Shown here piece after piece: positions 27,276 through 38,909 of a stretch of DNA of 64,000 nt. Source of the stretch: Balamuthia mandrillaris (Eukaryota); contig JAVKOQ020000003.1 in the NCBI GenBank assembly GCA_031835245.2, positions 124,001-188,000 on the forward strand, written 5' to 3'. The position numbers and the translations under genes were made by a program. How positions within the stretch are numbered: position 1 is the stretch's first letter; every line of letters begins with the position of its first letter. The notes under the pieces are model-generated. The model was not told the DNA's origin, did not search any database, and saw only the letters and a list, made by a program, of their open reading frames with translations.

Positions 27276-30200
27276 CCCTTCTCCTCTTGTCTTGCTCATT
27301 CTGTTCCCTTTTATTACTTTCTCATATTTCTTTATAACGCAAAAGTTTGCGAAAAGCCACATTGTTACTCTGCAAGTGGAACAGGATTAATAGTTGCTCA
27401 AGCATGTCAGCGAGCAGAGTTCAATTTGATAGCAATGGACAAGACCTACAATCCTCTTGCTTGCAACGGCGGTGATAGAATTACTTGTCGCTTAGAATGT
27501 ACTACCACTTCATCTGCTGATTCCCAACAACTTTCAACTCAACAACAAATGAGCCCTTCTTCTTTCATTCGAGCTCATGTGCAAGACAATGACGATGGAA
27601 CCTATACGGTCAGCTTCAAACCTTCAACACCTGGACAATATGTCTTTCATTTCGAGACGTTGAGCGGGGCCAGAGTGTTGATGCAGTCACAGTTCAAACT
27701 TCGCGTGCTTCCAAGTGAGTGTTACTTTTCATGAAAGAAGAAAGAGAGAAGGTTATACGTTGTTTACATTTATTGAACTGCAGGCATCGCAAGTGACATG
27801 GCTAAGGCGCTCACAAACCCTTTATTCCATGATATCACCTTTCATGCTGAGGCTACAATGCTTCATGCCCATAAAATCGTGGTCTGCAACCGGTTGCCCG
27901 GCCACGACTTGCTGCATGCCATGAAAGAGGTACGTTTTCTCAATACTTCTTTTCATTTTACTTTTCTTTGTCTTCTCTTTTTTCGTTACTTTTTTTCGTT
28001 ATTTTTATTTGTCTTGTTCCTGTATTTATCGAACAACCAAAAGATACGGTTAGCACCAACAGCACGACCGGAGACATGGAATGAGTTTCTTAGATTCCTG
28101 TACACAGACAATGTGGATACTGAAAATATGAAGAACTATGTGCTTTCAGAACTTCTTCAAATGGCGCATGACTATAAGATCTGTCGTCTTGTCAACATTT
28201 GCGAAGGCAATCCTCCTTCTGGCGAAGGTATCTACTTCTATCCTAAATCTCTTTCTATCGTTCTCTTCGTTTTCTCTTCTCTCGTTCTCTTCTAATATAT
28301 TTTACACTTGGTCTTAAACTCTGGTAGAGGGTTTAGCCAGCAGCTTCGTTGATCAAAACCTCTTTTCCAACCAACTGCACTCCTACTTTTTCAACCCAAA
28401 GATCTCCTTAGACACAAGCACTCATCTTGGCTTCGTCTTTGGACAAAACTGCTTCAACAACCCTCGCTTCAGCGACTTCACCTTTCTCGTCGGCGACTTT
28501 AAGGTCTTTGCACATAAGATTTTTCTGGCGATGCGTAGCGACTATTTCTTGCAGCTCTTCACTGCAAACCCATCTCTCAAACGGCAAGTCATCCAAACTT
28601 GTGCAGAAGAACAAGAGATAGAGAAAGAGAAAGAGAAAGACAAAGAGAAAGAAAAAGCGACTTTGCATGATGAAAAGAAAACAACAGAATTAGACGAACA
28701 AAATGGACACAAATCGCTATCCCCAAGAAAGAACAACCACAATGAAGAGAAAACCGCAACGCCTTTACAGAAGAAAGAAAGACGCAATAGCGGACCATCC
28801 ATCATAGAAGTGGAGACACCTTCTTCTCGCAAACAGAGCCGTCTAAGGATGGAAGATAAAACATTTTCTACTTCTTATCCGTTGTTCATGAGCTTCCTCA
28901 AATGGGTCTATACGGATGTTATAGAAATAGCAAGTGAGTTTCTTCTTCTTTCTTTTTTTCTTTGCTTCGTTAATTATTGATAAACATTCAGATGAGGACA
29001 TTGAGAAAATGTTAAAGTTGAGTCAGCACTTCAGAGCAACTGGTTTAACGGCGTTACTTAACCTTCGCATCACTCAACTTCGTCAACAGAAACTACAACC
29101 CAAAGAACAACAACCACAACCACAAAAACATATTCCACGAAAGAATGTACCTTTGTCAACAACCACCCAAAACACAACAACGAAACCGTCTTCTCGAATG
29201 CATCGAACCAGCAACGGTGGTTACTTTTATGACAGTCAGGTGGTGGTTTCCTCTTTGCAAAGCGGTCGTCATCGTCGTGCTCTACATCAACCTCCTCCTA
29301 CTTCTTCTGCCTCTCCTCCGTTTTCCCTCTCTTCTCCTTCCGTTCCCTCATCATTTTCTTCTCCTTCTTCGCTTTCCAGTAATAACAAAACCGAGCGCAC
29401 CAACACTGCTGAAACAAACTCACCTCCTTTGAAGGAATCGTTATTCGACTTTGGCAGCAACAACGGCTCTCCCTCTAATGTGTTGCACATTAGCACTGAT
29501 AACCTTTTGGAAAACAATTCTCTCTTCCAAAGCAGTTCCAGCATTTTCGACGTTCCACCAACATCTACTCCAGCAATCTTTGGAACCTCTGCTTCTTCCC
29601 CTTCCCCTTCTCTTAACATCAACACATTTCCTTCATTCGTTCATCCATCCCCTTCTTCCTCCAACGCAACAAACACTAATTCTTCGTTGGCTCTTTCCCC
29701 TTCTCCTTTGTCCTCCTCCTCTCCTGCGTCTACCATACGCTTCGAATGGGGAGCAGATGAAGAGGATTCTCTTTTTGGAAGCAGCTCTGTGACTGGTGCT
29801 TCTACCTTCTCCTCTACTTTTTTCCCAACCAATTCTCCTTCTGTTGTCTCATCTGCTTCTGCTTCATCATTGTTTGCTCCTTTTTCTCCTTCTCCGTCTT
29901 CTCCCGCTAGCTCTTCGTTTCTTCGTTCTCCTTCTCCATCTTTTGGGTCCTCTCCTTCTTCGTCTTCAAGAAAATCTCCTAGGTCAGCTTCTTCCATCGA
30001 CAAAACGGTTTACTTTCAAAGTTTGGAGTTCACCTCATCTTCTCCTCCTGCTTCTTCTTCATCTTCTAGAGCTCATTCGTTGCCTTCTTCTTCTCCTTCA
30101 TCTCCTTCCATCGACAAAACAGTTTACTTTCAAAGTTTAGAGTTCAACCCATCTTCTTCGACTGCACCTTCCCGTCCTTCTTCTGCATTAGCTTTTGCCA

Positions 30201-30466
30201 GATCAAAAAACTCTAAAGCAGCTTCTTCTTCCCCCTCTTTCGTTCGTCCTTCGCTCTCCTTTCCTGATTTTCCAATACTTCCTCCTTTATCCTCCTCTAC
30301 CGCATCTTTTTCTTCCTCGTCTTCTTCTTTGTTCAGCCAACAAACAAAAGGCAAAGAGAAAGACGACGTGGACGTTCCTTTTCTCTCAACAGAACTCCCT
30401 TCTTCATCTTCTTTTGAGTCGTTCTCACTTACAGCATCGGATGACTCTGCCTTTTCCTTCTCTTGA
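25940..30466 (+). CDS. Multidomain protein: MOB1-like domain, filamin repeat, two BTB/POZ domains, Ser-rich tail
   Basis: MOB: KVPRGIDKIEW, CTAKTCPYMSAGP-YEYLW, VSAPLY, VFRRLFRLLAHMYYAHW. Filamin: ASGTGL..A..F...D...GGD...VQDNDDGTYTVSFKP. BTB: NPLFHDITF..LHAHKIVV and FNNPRFSDFTFLVGDFKVFAHKIFLAMRSDYF...FLKWVYTD. Confidence 0.8.
26331..26720. repeat. Intronic (CTT)n/(GTT)n trinucleotide microsatellite, about 390 bp
   Basis: Directly visible; lies in the intron splitting the MOB domain. Confidence 0.95.
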
Positions 30467-30591
30467 TAAACGCATCTTCTTCCCTTCTTCTTCCTCTTTT
30501 TCTTTGTCTTTGTTAAACCTTTCCGCTCATAGTTCTTTCCTGTCGTTTCTTTCTTTCTTGCTTTTTCATAAGTACTAGCAAATTATTCTTC

Positions 30592-31558
30592 TCATTTGGA
30601 GTCAACAGAAGAAGAAGACGGAGAAGAAGAAGAAGAAGAATAGTCCGCGACAGAAGCTGCTCCCAACTGGATCTCAGCTGCCGCCACAACATGAAGCTCC
30701 GTCGGATCGATGAGCGGGACCACCATCTTCTCTTGCACGCTCTTCAGGAGGAGCGGAAGCTCGGTGCAGCCGGCCACAACCGCCTCGATGTTGTGTTGTT
30801 GGTGCAGCTGTTGGATGAAATGGAGGACTCGTTCTTGTGAGGCCGCCAAGAACTCGTTTCGACTCGTCTCCTGTTTTGTTAAAACAAAATTGTGAGAAGA
30901 GAGAAAGAGAGGAGAAGGAGCAGAGAGGCGGTGATGACCTCGATGATGCCTTGAAGAGCAGCGATGACCTCGGGATCAGAAGGCACAACGACCTCCACTC
31001 CATACGCTCGTATTCTATCCGTCAAAAAGTTTTTTGTCATTGTATATCTGCTCACACAACAACAAACAGCAAAATCAGCTTCACCGCAAAAAAAAAAGAA
31101 AAGAAAAAGAAAAAAAGCGAAGAAGAAAAGAAAACAACAAAAAACAAAGTGAACCTTGTTCCGATGAATCCCACTTTGGCCCATCCTCTCTTCCGAATCT
31201 CCCTTCCAGCACAATCCGCGATGTGCAAGACAGGCACCTTGGCTCCGACGCGCTCCGCGATCGAGGGAACGGCCTTGTGCGCCGTGTTGGAGCAGAGCAC
31301 CAAAAAGTCGGCCCCCGCTCGCACCGCGTCCTCCGCGCGACTCGCCACGAGGTCGATGAGACCGTCAAAGTCGTCACGCTCGGCAAAGCCCGCATAGTCC
31401 GAGAGGTCCAAAGAGACGAGGACGCACTCGGAGCTGTGGAGGCCGCCGAGGCGGGCGTTGACCAGCTCGTTGAGGCGTTGGTAGTAGTAGGCGGAGGAGG
31501 TGTAGGACACACCGCCGATGAGACCCACGCGAAGCATCTTCTTCGCTTCGTTGTTCAT
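30592..31558 (-). CDS. Aspartate/glutamate (amino-acid) racemase, YgeA/RacX family
   Basis: VGLIGGVSYTSSAYYYQRLNELVNARLGGLHS, GADFLVLCSNTAH, VLHIAD, KVGFIGTR, VVAGCTELPLL, IDPTELHV; two introns. Confidence 0.9.
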
Positions 31559-31848
31559 TTTTTTTTGTTTTGGATTTTTGTTAGAGCTATATCATATTCA
31601 AACAACCAATAGAAAATCAGATAATTTAATTATTAATATCCATTTAAGGATAAACGGAGTTTAGAATATTCCTTATTTGGGTTATTGATGACGTCGGTTC
31701 AGGCAACCTGGGAGAAAACCAGCAAGAAAGTGAACGGCAAAGAAAGAGAAAGTAACGTTGGAGGGCAACCACAAGGGGTCGCTTTTGTTTTTTTGAAAGA
31801 AAAATAGGGTTTCATGAATCGGGGACAAACACGGACAGGACAAAAGGG

Positions 31849-32931
31849 ATGGTGCGTTTTGCCACGACTCGGGAACGCGCAAAGTTCCCGTTGCGTTTGC
31901 CGGGAGAGTACCTTGAGGCGGCTGCGAGCGTGTTTGCCAGCGGCATCCTGGTGGTGGCCTCTTTGCTCTTCTTCTCCTTTGCTGCGGAGGTGGTCGATGT
32001 GGGCAATGCCCTCTTCCTGTTTGCCAAGCTGTTCTTTGCGCTGGTGAACATGTTTGACTTGTATGAGGCCATTCACCACCACATGGAAGAGTCTTTTGGG
32101 CAGCTCACCATCACCACTATATCTAGCGTTTCGTACTTGCGTACGCCGTTCTCTTTTTTTATGTATTGTAAGCCTTGTTTCTTGTTTTCTAAAGGTTTCC
32201 TTTCTGTGCGAAAGTTGGCGTGCTGCTGTTCTTTTTGGGAAATATCTTCTTCTTTACATACATGCCTTCATGGGCGGAACGGACTGCTTGGTGGTTTTTT
32301 CTTTCAGGTTTATTCTCCTTTCTTTCTCTTCACTTCCATGATGTTTTGTTCTGGTTCTTTTCTTCTCTTCTCTTCTCTTCATCATTCTCTCCAACTCATT
32401 CAAAAAACAAAAACAAAAGGGAGCTTGTGTTATGTGTTTGGGTCGTTCTTGGCGGCTGCTGATGCCATCCACCAGGATACAAAGATAGACGTCTTTCTCT
32501 CCACGTTGAACAACATGTTTCAACTCTTGGGCGCTGTTCTCTTCGTATTGGGCTCGGCAACTGGCGTTCTCCTCAACTACTATTCTTCCACAGTGTTGCT
32601 CAACTTATCAGCAGCCGACTTTCTCTTTGGAAGTATCGGATTCTTGGCTGGTGCTTTAGCGGACTTGCTGCGAGTTCATTTTGTGAAGAGGGACAAACGG
32701 AAGAAACGAAAGAAAGAAGACAGAAGAGGCAAGGAGGAGTCATCACCGCAGCAAGAACAGCAACCAAAACGTCTTCCTCGAGGGGAGGTGGGAGAGAACA
32801 GTTGGCGATACCGGGTGCGAGGTGGTAGGAACGATTGGAGAGGACGGAAGGAGGATCAACAATCGGAGACTGAGTGTAGCGCAACGACGAGCAGAGAAAA
32901 CGGAGCTGTCATAGAAGGGGATGGAGAATAA
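31849..32931 (+). CDS. Multi-pass membrane protein, YrhK-like
   Basis: About 5 hydrophobic helices with G-x-x-L-F-x-x-G-S pattern (LLGAVLFVLGS, FLFGSIGFLAG); probable intron about 32132-32419; charged tail. Confidence 0.55.
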   Translation: MVRFATTRERAKFPLRLPGEYLEAAASVFASGILVVASLLFFSFAAEVVDVGNALFLFAKLFFALVNMFDLYEAIHHHMEESFGQLTITTISSVSYLRTPFSFFMYCKPCFLFSKGFLSVRKLACCCSFWEISSSLHTCLHGRNGLLGGFFFQVYSPFFLFTSMMFCSGSFLLFSSLHHSLQLIQKTKTKGSLCYVFGSFLAAADAIHQDTKIDVFLSTLNNMFQLLGAVLFVLGSATGVLLNYYSSTVLLNLSAADFLFGSIGFLAGALADLLRVHFVKRDKRKKRKKEDRRGKEESSPQQEQQPKRLPRGEVGENSWRYRVRGGRNDWRGRKEDQQSETECSATTSRENGAVIEGDGE

Positions 32932-33039
32932 ACAAGAAGGAAAGAAAGAAAAAAGAGCGAGATAAGGTGATAACAAACAAATGGCTGGCCTAGGAACCAT
33001 TTTTCGTTGTGGTTGCTGCTCTTCCGGTTGTTCCTTCCT

Positions 33040-33510
33040 CGCAGTTCTGCAGGACACTCTCCCATGGCCACACAGACGATGAAAATATGAACATCGGATG
33101 CTCTACAGCCCACTTGGCCATCTCCCAATCCCCTCTTTGTACCGCTTCATGACTTGTCCAACCACTCCAAGGACAGCCATTCTCCCGCAACCACAACACC
33201 TTTAGGTCACCATGCTTTGCTGCAGCCTGCACGTCCTTTCGTTTCAAGGGCATCCCTCCAGCAAATTGCAACATGGCCATTCTCCGCTGCATTGTCTCCT
33301 CGTCCCAAGGGCACCCCATCTTGCGAGCCCATTGCAACAAAGCCAAGTGACCGGTTTGTGCAGCAAGACAGCATGTCCTTTCATCCCAAGGACATCCCCT
33401 CTCGCGAAGCCATCCAAACCCTGTGCATCGGCATTGAATGAGCTCCTCTCACCCACGTGTGACACTTGCGGTTGATGTCCAGGTCCTCTTGTTCCACTTT
33501 ATCACTTCCA
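33040..33510 (-). pseudogene. Decayed giant-virus-type ankyrin-repeat gene
   Basis: Fragments WLRERGCPWDERTCCLAAQTGHLALLQWARKMGCPW and WLRENGCPW joined through frameshifts and deletions; ends approximate. Confidence 0.75.
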
Positions 33511-33675
33511 AGTGCCCAGGCTCATATCCTCGGAGAACACAAACCCCAACCAAGAGCTCTTCCGGAAGGAGCGGCCAAGAGAAGGCCTCCCGGCTCGTGG
33601 GTGGTCAAGACTCACAAACCCTACTCCAGAACCCTAACCTCGGGGCAGTTCGGAAGGAAGAAAGAACAGAAGGAA

Positions 33676-34950
33676 ATGCAAGACTTGCCTGTTGAACTGG
33701 TGTCGCACATGCTGGGCATGCTCCCCCAAGACATGGTGGCCGTGGCAGCCCGCACCTGCCGAGCGTGGTACAACGGCGCTCCCTGCGGTCTACGCAACCG
33801 CCTTTCCATACGGCGCGTGTGCAGCAGCGTGGACTTGTTGCAGTGGGCCATGCGGAACGGCTACCTTGTGCACCGCGAGACCTGCGGTACGGCGGCCGAG
33901 CTGGGCAGCTTGCCGGTGCTCAAGTGGTTGCGCGAGAAGAGGTTTCCTTGGAGCCGCCTTGCTTGCCGGAGAGCTGCCAGGAACGGCCACTTGGAGGTGT
34001 TGGAGTGGCTGCAGCCCATCCATGCCACTGCTTTCGGGGCAAGTGATTGGGAGGATGGCATCTGCGAGGAGGCAGCCTCTGGTGGCCACTTGGACGTGCT
34101 GCAGTGGGCGAGAACAAAGGGATGCCCTTGGGACCTGAATACCTGCAACGGTGCTGCTCGCAATGGCCATTTGACCGTGTTGCAGTGGGCGCTGGATCAG
34201 GGCTGTCCCTGGGATGAAGAGAGCCTCTGCCTTGAAGCTGTAGCTCACGGCCATCTGGCAGTGCTGCAATGGGTCTTTGCCTTGGATGCACACCAGCCGT
34301 GGACGACGGAGACTGCTCGGACCGCCTGCAGTTTTGCGGCTGAAAGGGGGGACCTAGCCATGTTGCAATGGCTGCGGGATACTGCAGGCTGCTACTGGGA
34401 TGAATCCACTTGCATGTGTGCTACCAAGCAAGGAAACGTCAAGGTAATTCAATGGGCAAGAGAGCATGGCTGCCCGTGGGACGGGAGAACGACCATGATG
34501 GCAGCCACCTATGGCCAGTTGGAGACGCTGCAATGGCTCTACGAGAACGGCTGCCCCTGGGACTGGCGCACTTGCAGCTGTGCCGCTGGCAATGGACATC
34601 TGGAAGTGCTGAAGTGGGCCAGGGAGAACGGATGCCCCTGGAACGAGGAAACCTGCACAGAGGCCGCCAATCACGGCCATCTGGAGGTATTGAAGTGGGC
34701 CAGAGAGAATGGCTGTCCTTGGACGGATTATGTTTGCTCTCATGCGGCCTACTACGGACATTTGGAGGTGCTGAAGTGGGCCAGAGAGAACGGATGCCCG
34801 TGGACCGAGTTCACGTGCACAGCGGCAATGCAGATGGGCCATTGGGACATTCTCAAGTGGGCTTGCGAGAACGGATGCCCTTGGGATGAGCAACAGAAGA
34901 ACGAGGCAGTGGCACGCCATCCCGAAATCTTGCAGTGGAAGCTGCCCTAA
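33676..34950 (+). CDS. F-box + ankyrin-repeat protein (Pandoravirus/Mollivirus-like ENGCPW repeats), intronless
   Basis: MQDLPVELVSHMLGML...AARTCRAW F-box; more than 10 repeats of AA..GHLEVLKWARENGCPW. Confidence 0.88.
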   Translation: MQDLPVELVSHMLGMLPQDMVAVAARTCRAWYNGAPCGLRNRLSIRRVCSSVDLLQWAMRNGYLVHRETCGTAAELGSLPVLKWLREKRFPWSRLACRRAARNGHLEVLEWLQPIHATAFGASDWEDGICEEAASGGHLDVLQWARTKGCPWDLNTCNGAARNGHLTVLQWALDQGCPWDEESLCLEAVAHGHLAVLQWVFALDAHQPWTTETARTACSFAAERGDLAMLQWLRDTAGCYWDESTCMCATKQGNVKVIQWAREHGCPWDGRTTMMAATYGQLETLQWLYENGCPWDWRTCSCAAGNGHLEVLKWARENGCPWNEETCTEAANHGHLEVLKWARENGCPWTDYVCSHAAYYGHLEVLKWARENGCPWTEFTCTAAMQMGHWDILKWACENGCPWDEQQKNEAVARHPEILQWKLP

Positions 34951-35443
34951 CTCCAACGAACCAGAACGGAGACCTGGCTCTTCCTCCCCTTCCCTCTAAA
35001 AACCACCCGAGTGTCCCCTCCCACGCTCCTCTTCTTCCCTTCCCGATTATTAGATCAAGCCATTGAATTTTCATTGGTAGGTTGGATTGATTTTATTTGT
35101 TGTCGACGATCGACTTATTGCCGTCCTTTAAATAATGTCGACAATCCCGAAAAATTGCAACGAAAAGAAAAAAAGAAGAGTTTGACAGTAAAGCAAAGCA
35201 TACACGCAGGCACGCGAGGCGCACCATTACTCTGTGGGCCAAGGACAAACAAAAAAAAAAGCCACAAAGCAGGATTTAAACTTGGCATACTAACTACTAC
35301 CAGGTAATTCATTCACTGCTCTGTCGCTTTTTTTTTTCTCGCATCGTAAAAAAAAATTCGTAAAGGGTTTTTGATTGCTCACGCAGAGGTGAAAATCTCT
35401 CTCTCTCTCTCTTTCTCTCTCTAAAGAAAAAAAGCAAAGCACC

Positions 35444-36975
35444 ATGAGTGAACCTAGTGGAGGTGGAAGAGGAAGAGGAGGGGGCCCAGGAGGTAGTTCC
35501 ATTGCCGAACTGCAAAAAAGGCTGCAGGCGCAAGGTGGAGGGCGTGGCATCGTGGCAGGCCTTCAACCGCCAGGCATGGGAGGGCGAGGAGGAGGAGGAG
35601 GAGGGGGAGGAGGCAGCTCGGTCTCTGACCTAAGGAACAAGCTTGGAGGAGCCATTCCCATGGGAGCCATGCGTGGAGGTCCCATGATGGGAGGACCCAG
35701 AGGAGGCATGATGGGAGGACGAGGAGGAGCCTCCAGGCCTGCTTCTTCCTACGAAGAAGAAAGAGGCAGCGAGTCAGACGACGGCGGCATGAACTCTCGT
35801 AACAAAGGAGCAGACGGAGGAAGCAGAGCAAGGGCCTCTCCCTCTCCCTCTCGCTCTGTCTCTGCCAGGCCGCTCTATCACCCTCAGAGGGAGAAGCCGC
35901 AGGGACCCAAGGGCAGCAGAATTCCCTCCCAGTACCCTGTTGCCATGCCGGCCTCCTCCTTCTCTACTGCCTATGAGCAGCCGTCTCCCTCTCGCATCAC
36001 CAAGCGGAAGCTGCGTAGCAGCTCAGAAACAGGAGGATCAAGTGGAGCAGGTGAGAAGGAGAGAAAGCAGGTAAAGACGCAGGCTACTGTGAAGGACCTG
36101 TTGGAGGAGAGAAGGCAGGCCAAGTTGCAACAACAGATGGAACTGGAGAAGCAACAACAAGAAGAGCGAGAACAAGAAAAAGAAAAACAGACTGCGATGG
36201 TTGTCGAAGAAGCAAAAGACAAAGAGGTGGCGGAAGAAGAAGAAGAAGAGGAGGAGCAGCAGTCCGCGCCAATTGCCGCAACGAACAACGAGGAAACAAA
36301 GGAAGAAGCCCGAAGCACGGAGGAAGAGCAGCCTGCGCCAGCTGCAGCGGCGAACAAAAATGAAAATCGATTAACATTCAAGATTAAAAGACCCGAAGAA
36401 CAAACGGAGAGCAGCGCAGATACCATCCAGGTTGTCGCCAAGTGCAGAGCCACCCGTGACTTTGAGAAGAAGGAGGAAGGCGATCTGAGCATCCAGGCTG
36501 GCGATGTTCTCTTTGTCATTAAGAAGCACGAAGGCTGGTGGGAAGGATTCCATCCCTCTCCTGCCGCGCTCTTTGCCACGCCGCCCGTTGGAGGACCTTA
36601 CTTTGTTAAACGTCCTGGTGAGATCCCTCTCCTTTGCTCTCTTCTGCAGAAGAGATGAACAACGACCTTTGTTCTCCTTCTCATCTCTTTGTTCTCTTGT
36701 TTCTCTTTGACTAATGCTTTTGTTTAGAAATAACGGGCATCTTCCCTGTAAGCTACGTGGAAGAACTGGAGAACTATTCTGGAGGCTCCTCGCCAAAAAC
36801 GCCACCACAACCTTCTTCTTCTCCACAACCAACAGCCAAAACGATGAACACAACATCCACGCCAACTGCTGCCGCCACCTCCCCATCACCTCGTTCTGCT
36901 TCGGAGGAGGAGGAGGACGCACCTCCTCCCGTCAGCGAGGGCGGTGGTGTTTGTCCGGCTTGCGTTCTCTTCTAA
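35444..36975 (+). CDS. Gly-rich adaptor with CPI-like motif, SH3 domain, Pro-rich tail and C-terminal CaaX
   Basis: LYHPQREKPQGPKGSRIPS; SH3 CRATRDFEKKEEGDLSIQAGDVLFVIKKHEGWWEG...(intron)...ITGIFPVSYVEEL; ends CPACVLF-stop. Confidence 0.75.
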
Positions 36976-37185
36976 AGTTATCTTTCTTTCTTCGTTCATT
37001 TCTCACACTTTTTTTTTATTGTTTGAGAGAAAAGGTTTTACCGTGTAACTTTGTTTGTTTAAAATACTTATATCAACTCTTTATCGCTCCCTTTCTTTAA
37101 GGAGTTCAGAGAGGACGAGAGAAAGAGAGAGGCAGAGAGAGAAGAGCAGAAAATAGATTGCAGGAAACCAACGTTGCTCTGCTTA

Positions 37186-37740
37186 TGATGGAAGAAGAGA
37201 CCAACATCATGATAAGCTTTCTTCCTAAAGAGGATTCATGCCCGCCTTGCGTTGAAGAGCGAGAGCTCCTACCCGACGACGAACGACAAGCCACAATCCT
37301 ATCGAGGCAACTGGGAAGACTTGCCAGAGTGCCATGTTTGGGCAGTCGTTCTCCTCCACAGACGCTGAAGTGACTGAAAGAGCAAGGCTGCCCTTGGAGT
37401 GAAGACGTTTGCCTTTCTGCTGCAAGAAGCGGGCATCACCATACCCTCCAATGGCTTCACGAACATGGTTGTCCTTGGGATAAACGTTCCACTGATATCA
37501 GCTGGCACATTGACGGTGCTTAAGTGGTTGCACGAGAATGGTTGTCCTTGGGGCAGCAGAAGCTGAGCAGCTATTACAGGGGAGCTGGAAATGCTGAAGT
37601 ACGCCAGGCAGCATGGATGTCCTTAGGACGATAACACAACTTCTAAGGCTGCATTTTATGGACACCTGGACGTCTTGGAGTGGCCATCTGGCGGTAGTTC
37701 ACTATCTGCACGCCAATGACTGCCCTTGGGACAAACGGTT
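37186..37740 (+). pseudogene. Second decayed ENGCPW-type ankyrin gene
   Basis: LK*LKEQGCPWSE, WLHEHGCPW, LKWLHENGCPW, LKYARQHGCP*, YLHANDCPW; Trp-to-stop changes and frameshifts. Confidence 0.78.
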
Positions 37741-37873
37741 TACACGTATGTATAAATTGGGAGCTGCCATGTATGCCTTCCTTGTTTCTCGACAAATGCT
37801 TTAACTCCCGTTTCAACTTGCAAAAGAGTACGTTTTTTCTTCGTTCCAGTTTTATATGTACAGCAGACTCTCT

Positions 37874-38523
37874 TCAAGTGAATCGTCTCCAAAGCACTTT
37901 ATCTTTGTGCGTGGACAAGCCCAACAACATGGCAGCAGCTGCCGCCATCATGAACGCCGCCAGCGAGAGACCAAAGGCGATGTGGGGGTCGATCTCACCG
38001 CCGGGGGCGTCCTTGCGGGCATCCCATGTTATGCCTAACCACGCCATCGACCCCACCAAAGGGCCTCCTCTGAAGAAGAGAAGTAAGAAAAAACAGAAAA
38101 AGGAGAAGAAGAACAAGAAGAAGAACAACAAAAAAAGAGAGTAAAGTTAGAGAGGAAAACTTACGCAGCAACCATGGAGAAAAAAACACCCCACATGACC
38201 ATCTTGGTCAAAATGATGAGGTCTCCTCCTCCTAGTCCCGTCAAGACGCACAAAGGGAATGCAAAGATAAGGGAGGCAACATTTCCAATGGCACAACCCG
38301 CTATGGCGGCATAGCCTCCTTTTTCGAGGTCGCCGCTCAGATCGGCTTCGAAGTCGTTGTAGGCGTTGCTCTCCGAGTATTCCCTCCACCCGATCTCGTA
38401 TTCCGGGCCTTTGCCCCAGCCATCCTCCATGGAGAACGTGCCCACGGCTCCAAAGATGAAGGCAAGTATGTGGAAGGTGGCCGCGAGGAGAGGCAACAGC
38501 TTAATCTTGATCCGTAACGCCAT
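37874..38523 (-). CDS. Four-TM claudin/PMP22-like membrane protein
   Basis: TM1 followed by W...GW loop (DGWGKGPEYEIGWREY), three more hydrophobic helices; one intron about 38071-38164. Confidence 0.55.
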
Positions 38524-38909
38524 CTTCTCTTTTTTTCTAGTTTTAATTTTTTGATATATTTGTTTCGGGGAATGTAACGCTCTCATGTCTGATCTCTTGT
38601 CCATGCTCGTAACTGTCTACAACAGAGATCATGTCCTGGCTCGCGTCCTCGCTCGTTATCTGTCTACATGATTGGTGATGTCATGTTTCCCCTTAAAAAG
38701 TCAATCATGACGTCATATCTGAAAAACAGGAGAAAGAAGGCAGAAGAAAGAACGCAAGGCCAGAGAAAGGTGATGGAAAACATTAAAGAGTCAGTTGTTA
38801 GGCCTGCGGCCAGTGTACAGGCCTGTCCGGATGGTTCGTTTATTTCGTTTTGTTTTTAAAAAAGTGTTACACAACTGAACTGAACTCACTATAGTGTCGG
38901 TAAAGAAGA

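Noticed and set aside
34560..34890. Regularly spaced direct repeats superficially like a CRISPR array
   Set aside because: In-frame coding ankyrin repeats with synonymous variation; eukaryotic context and no cas genes
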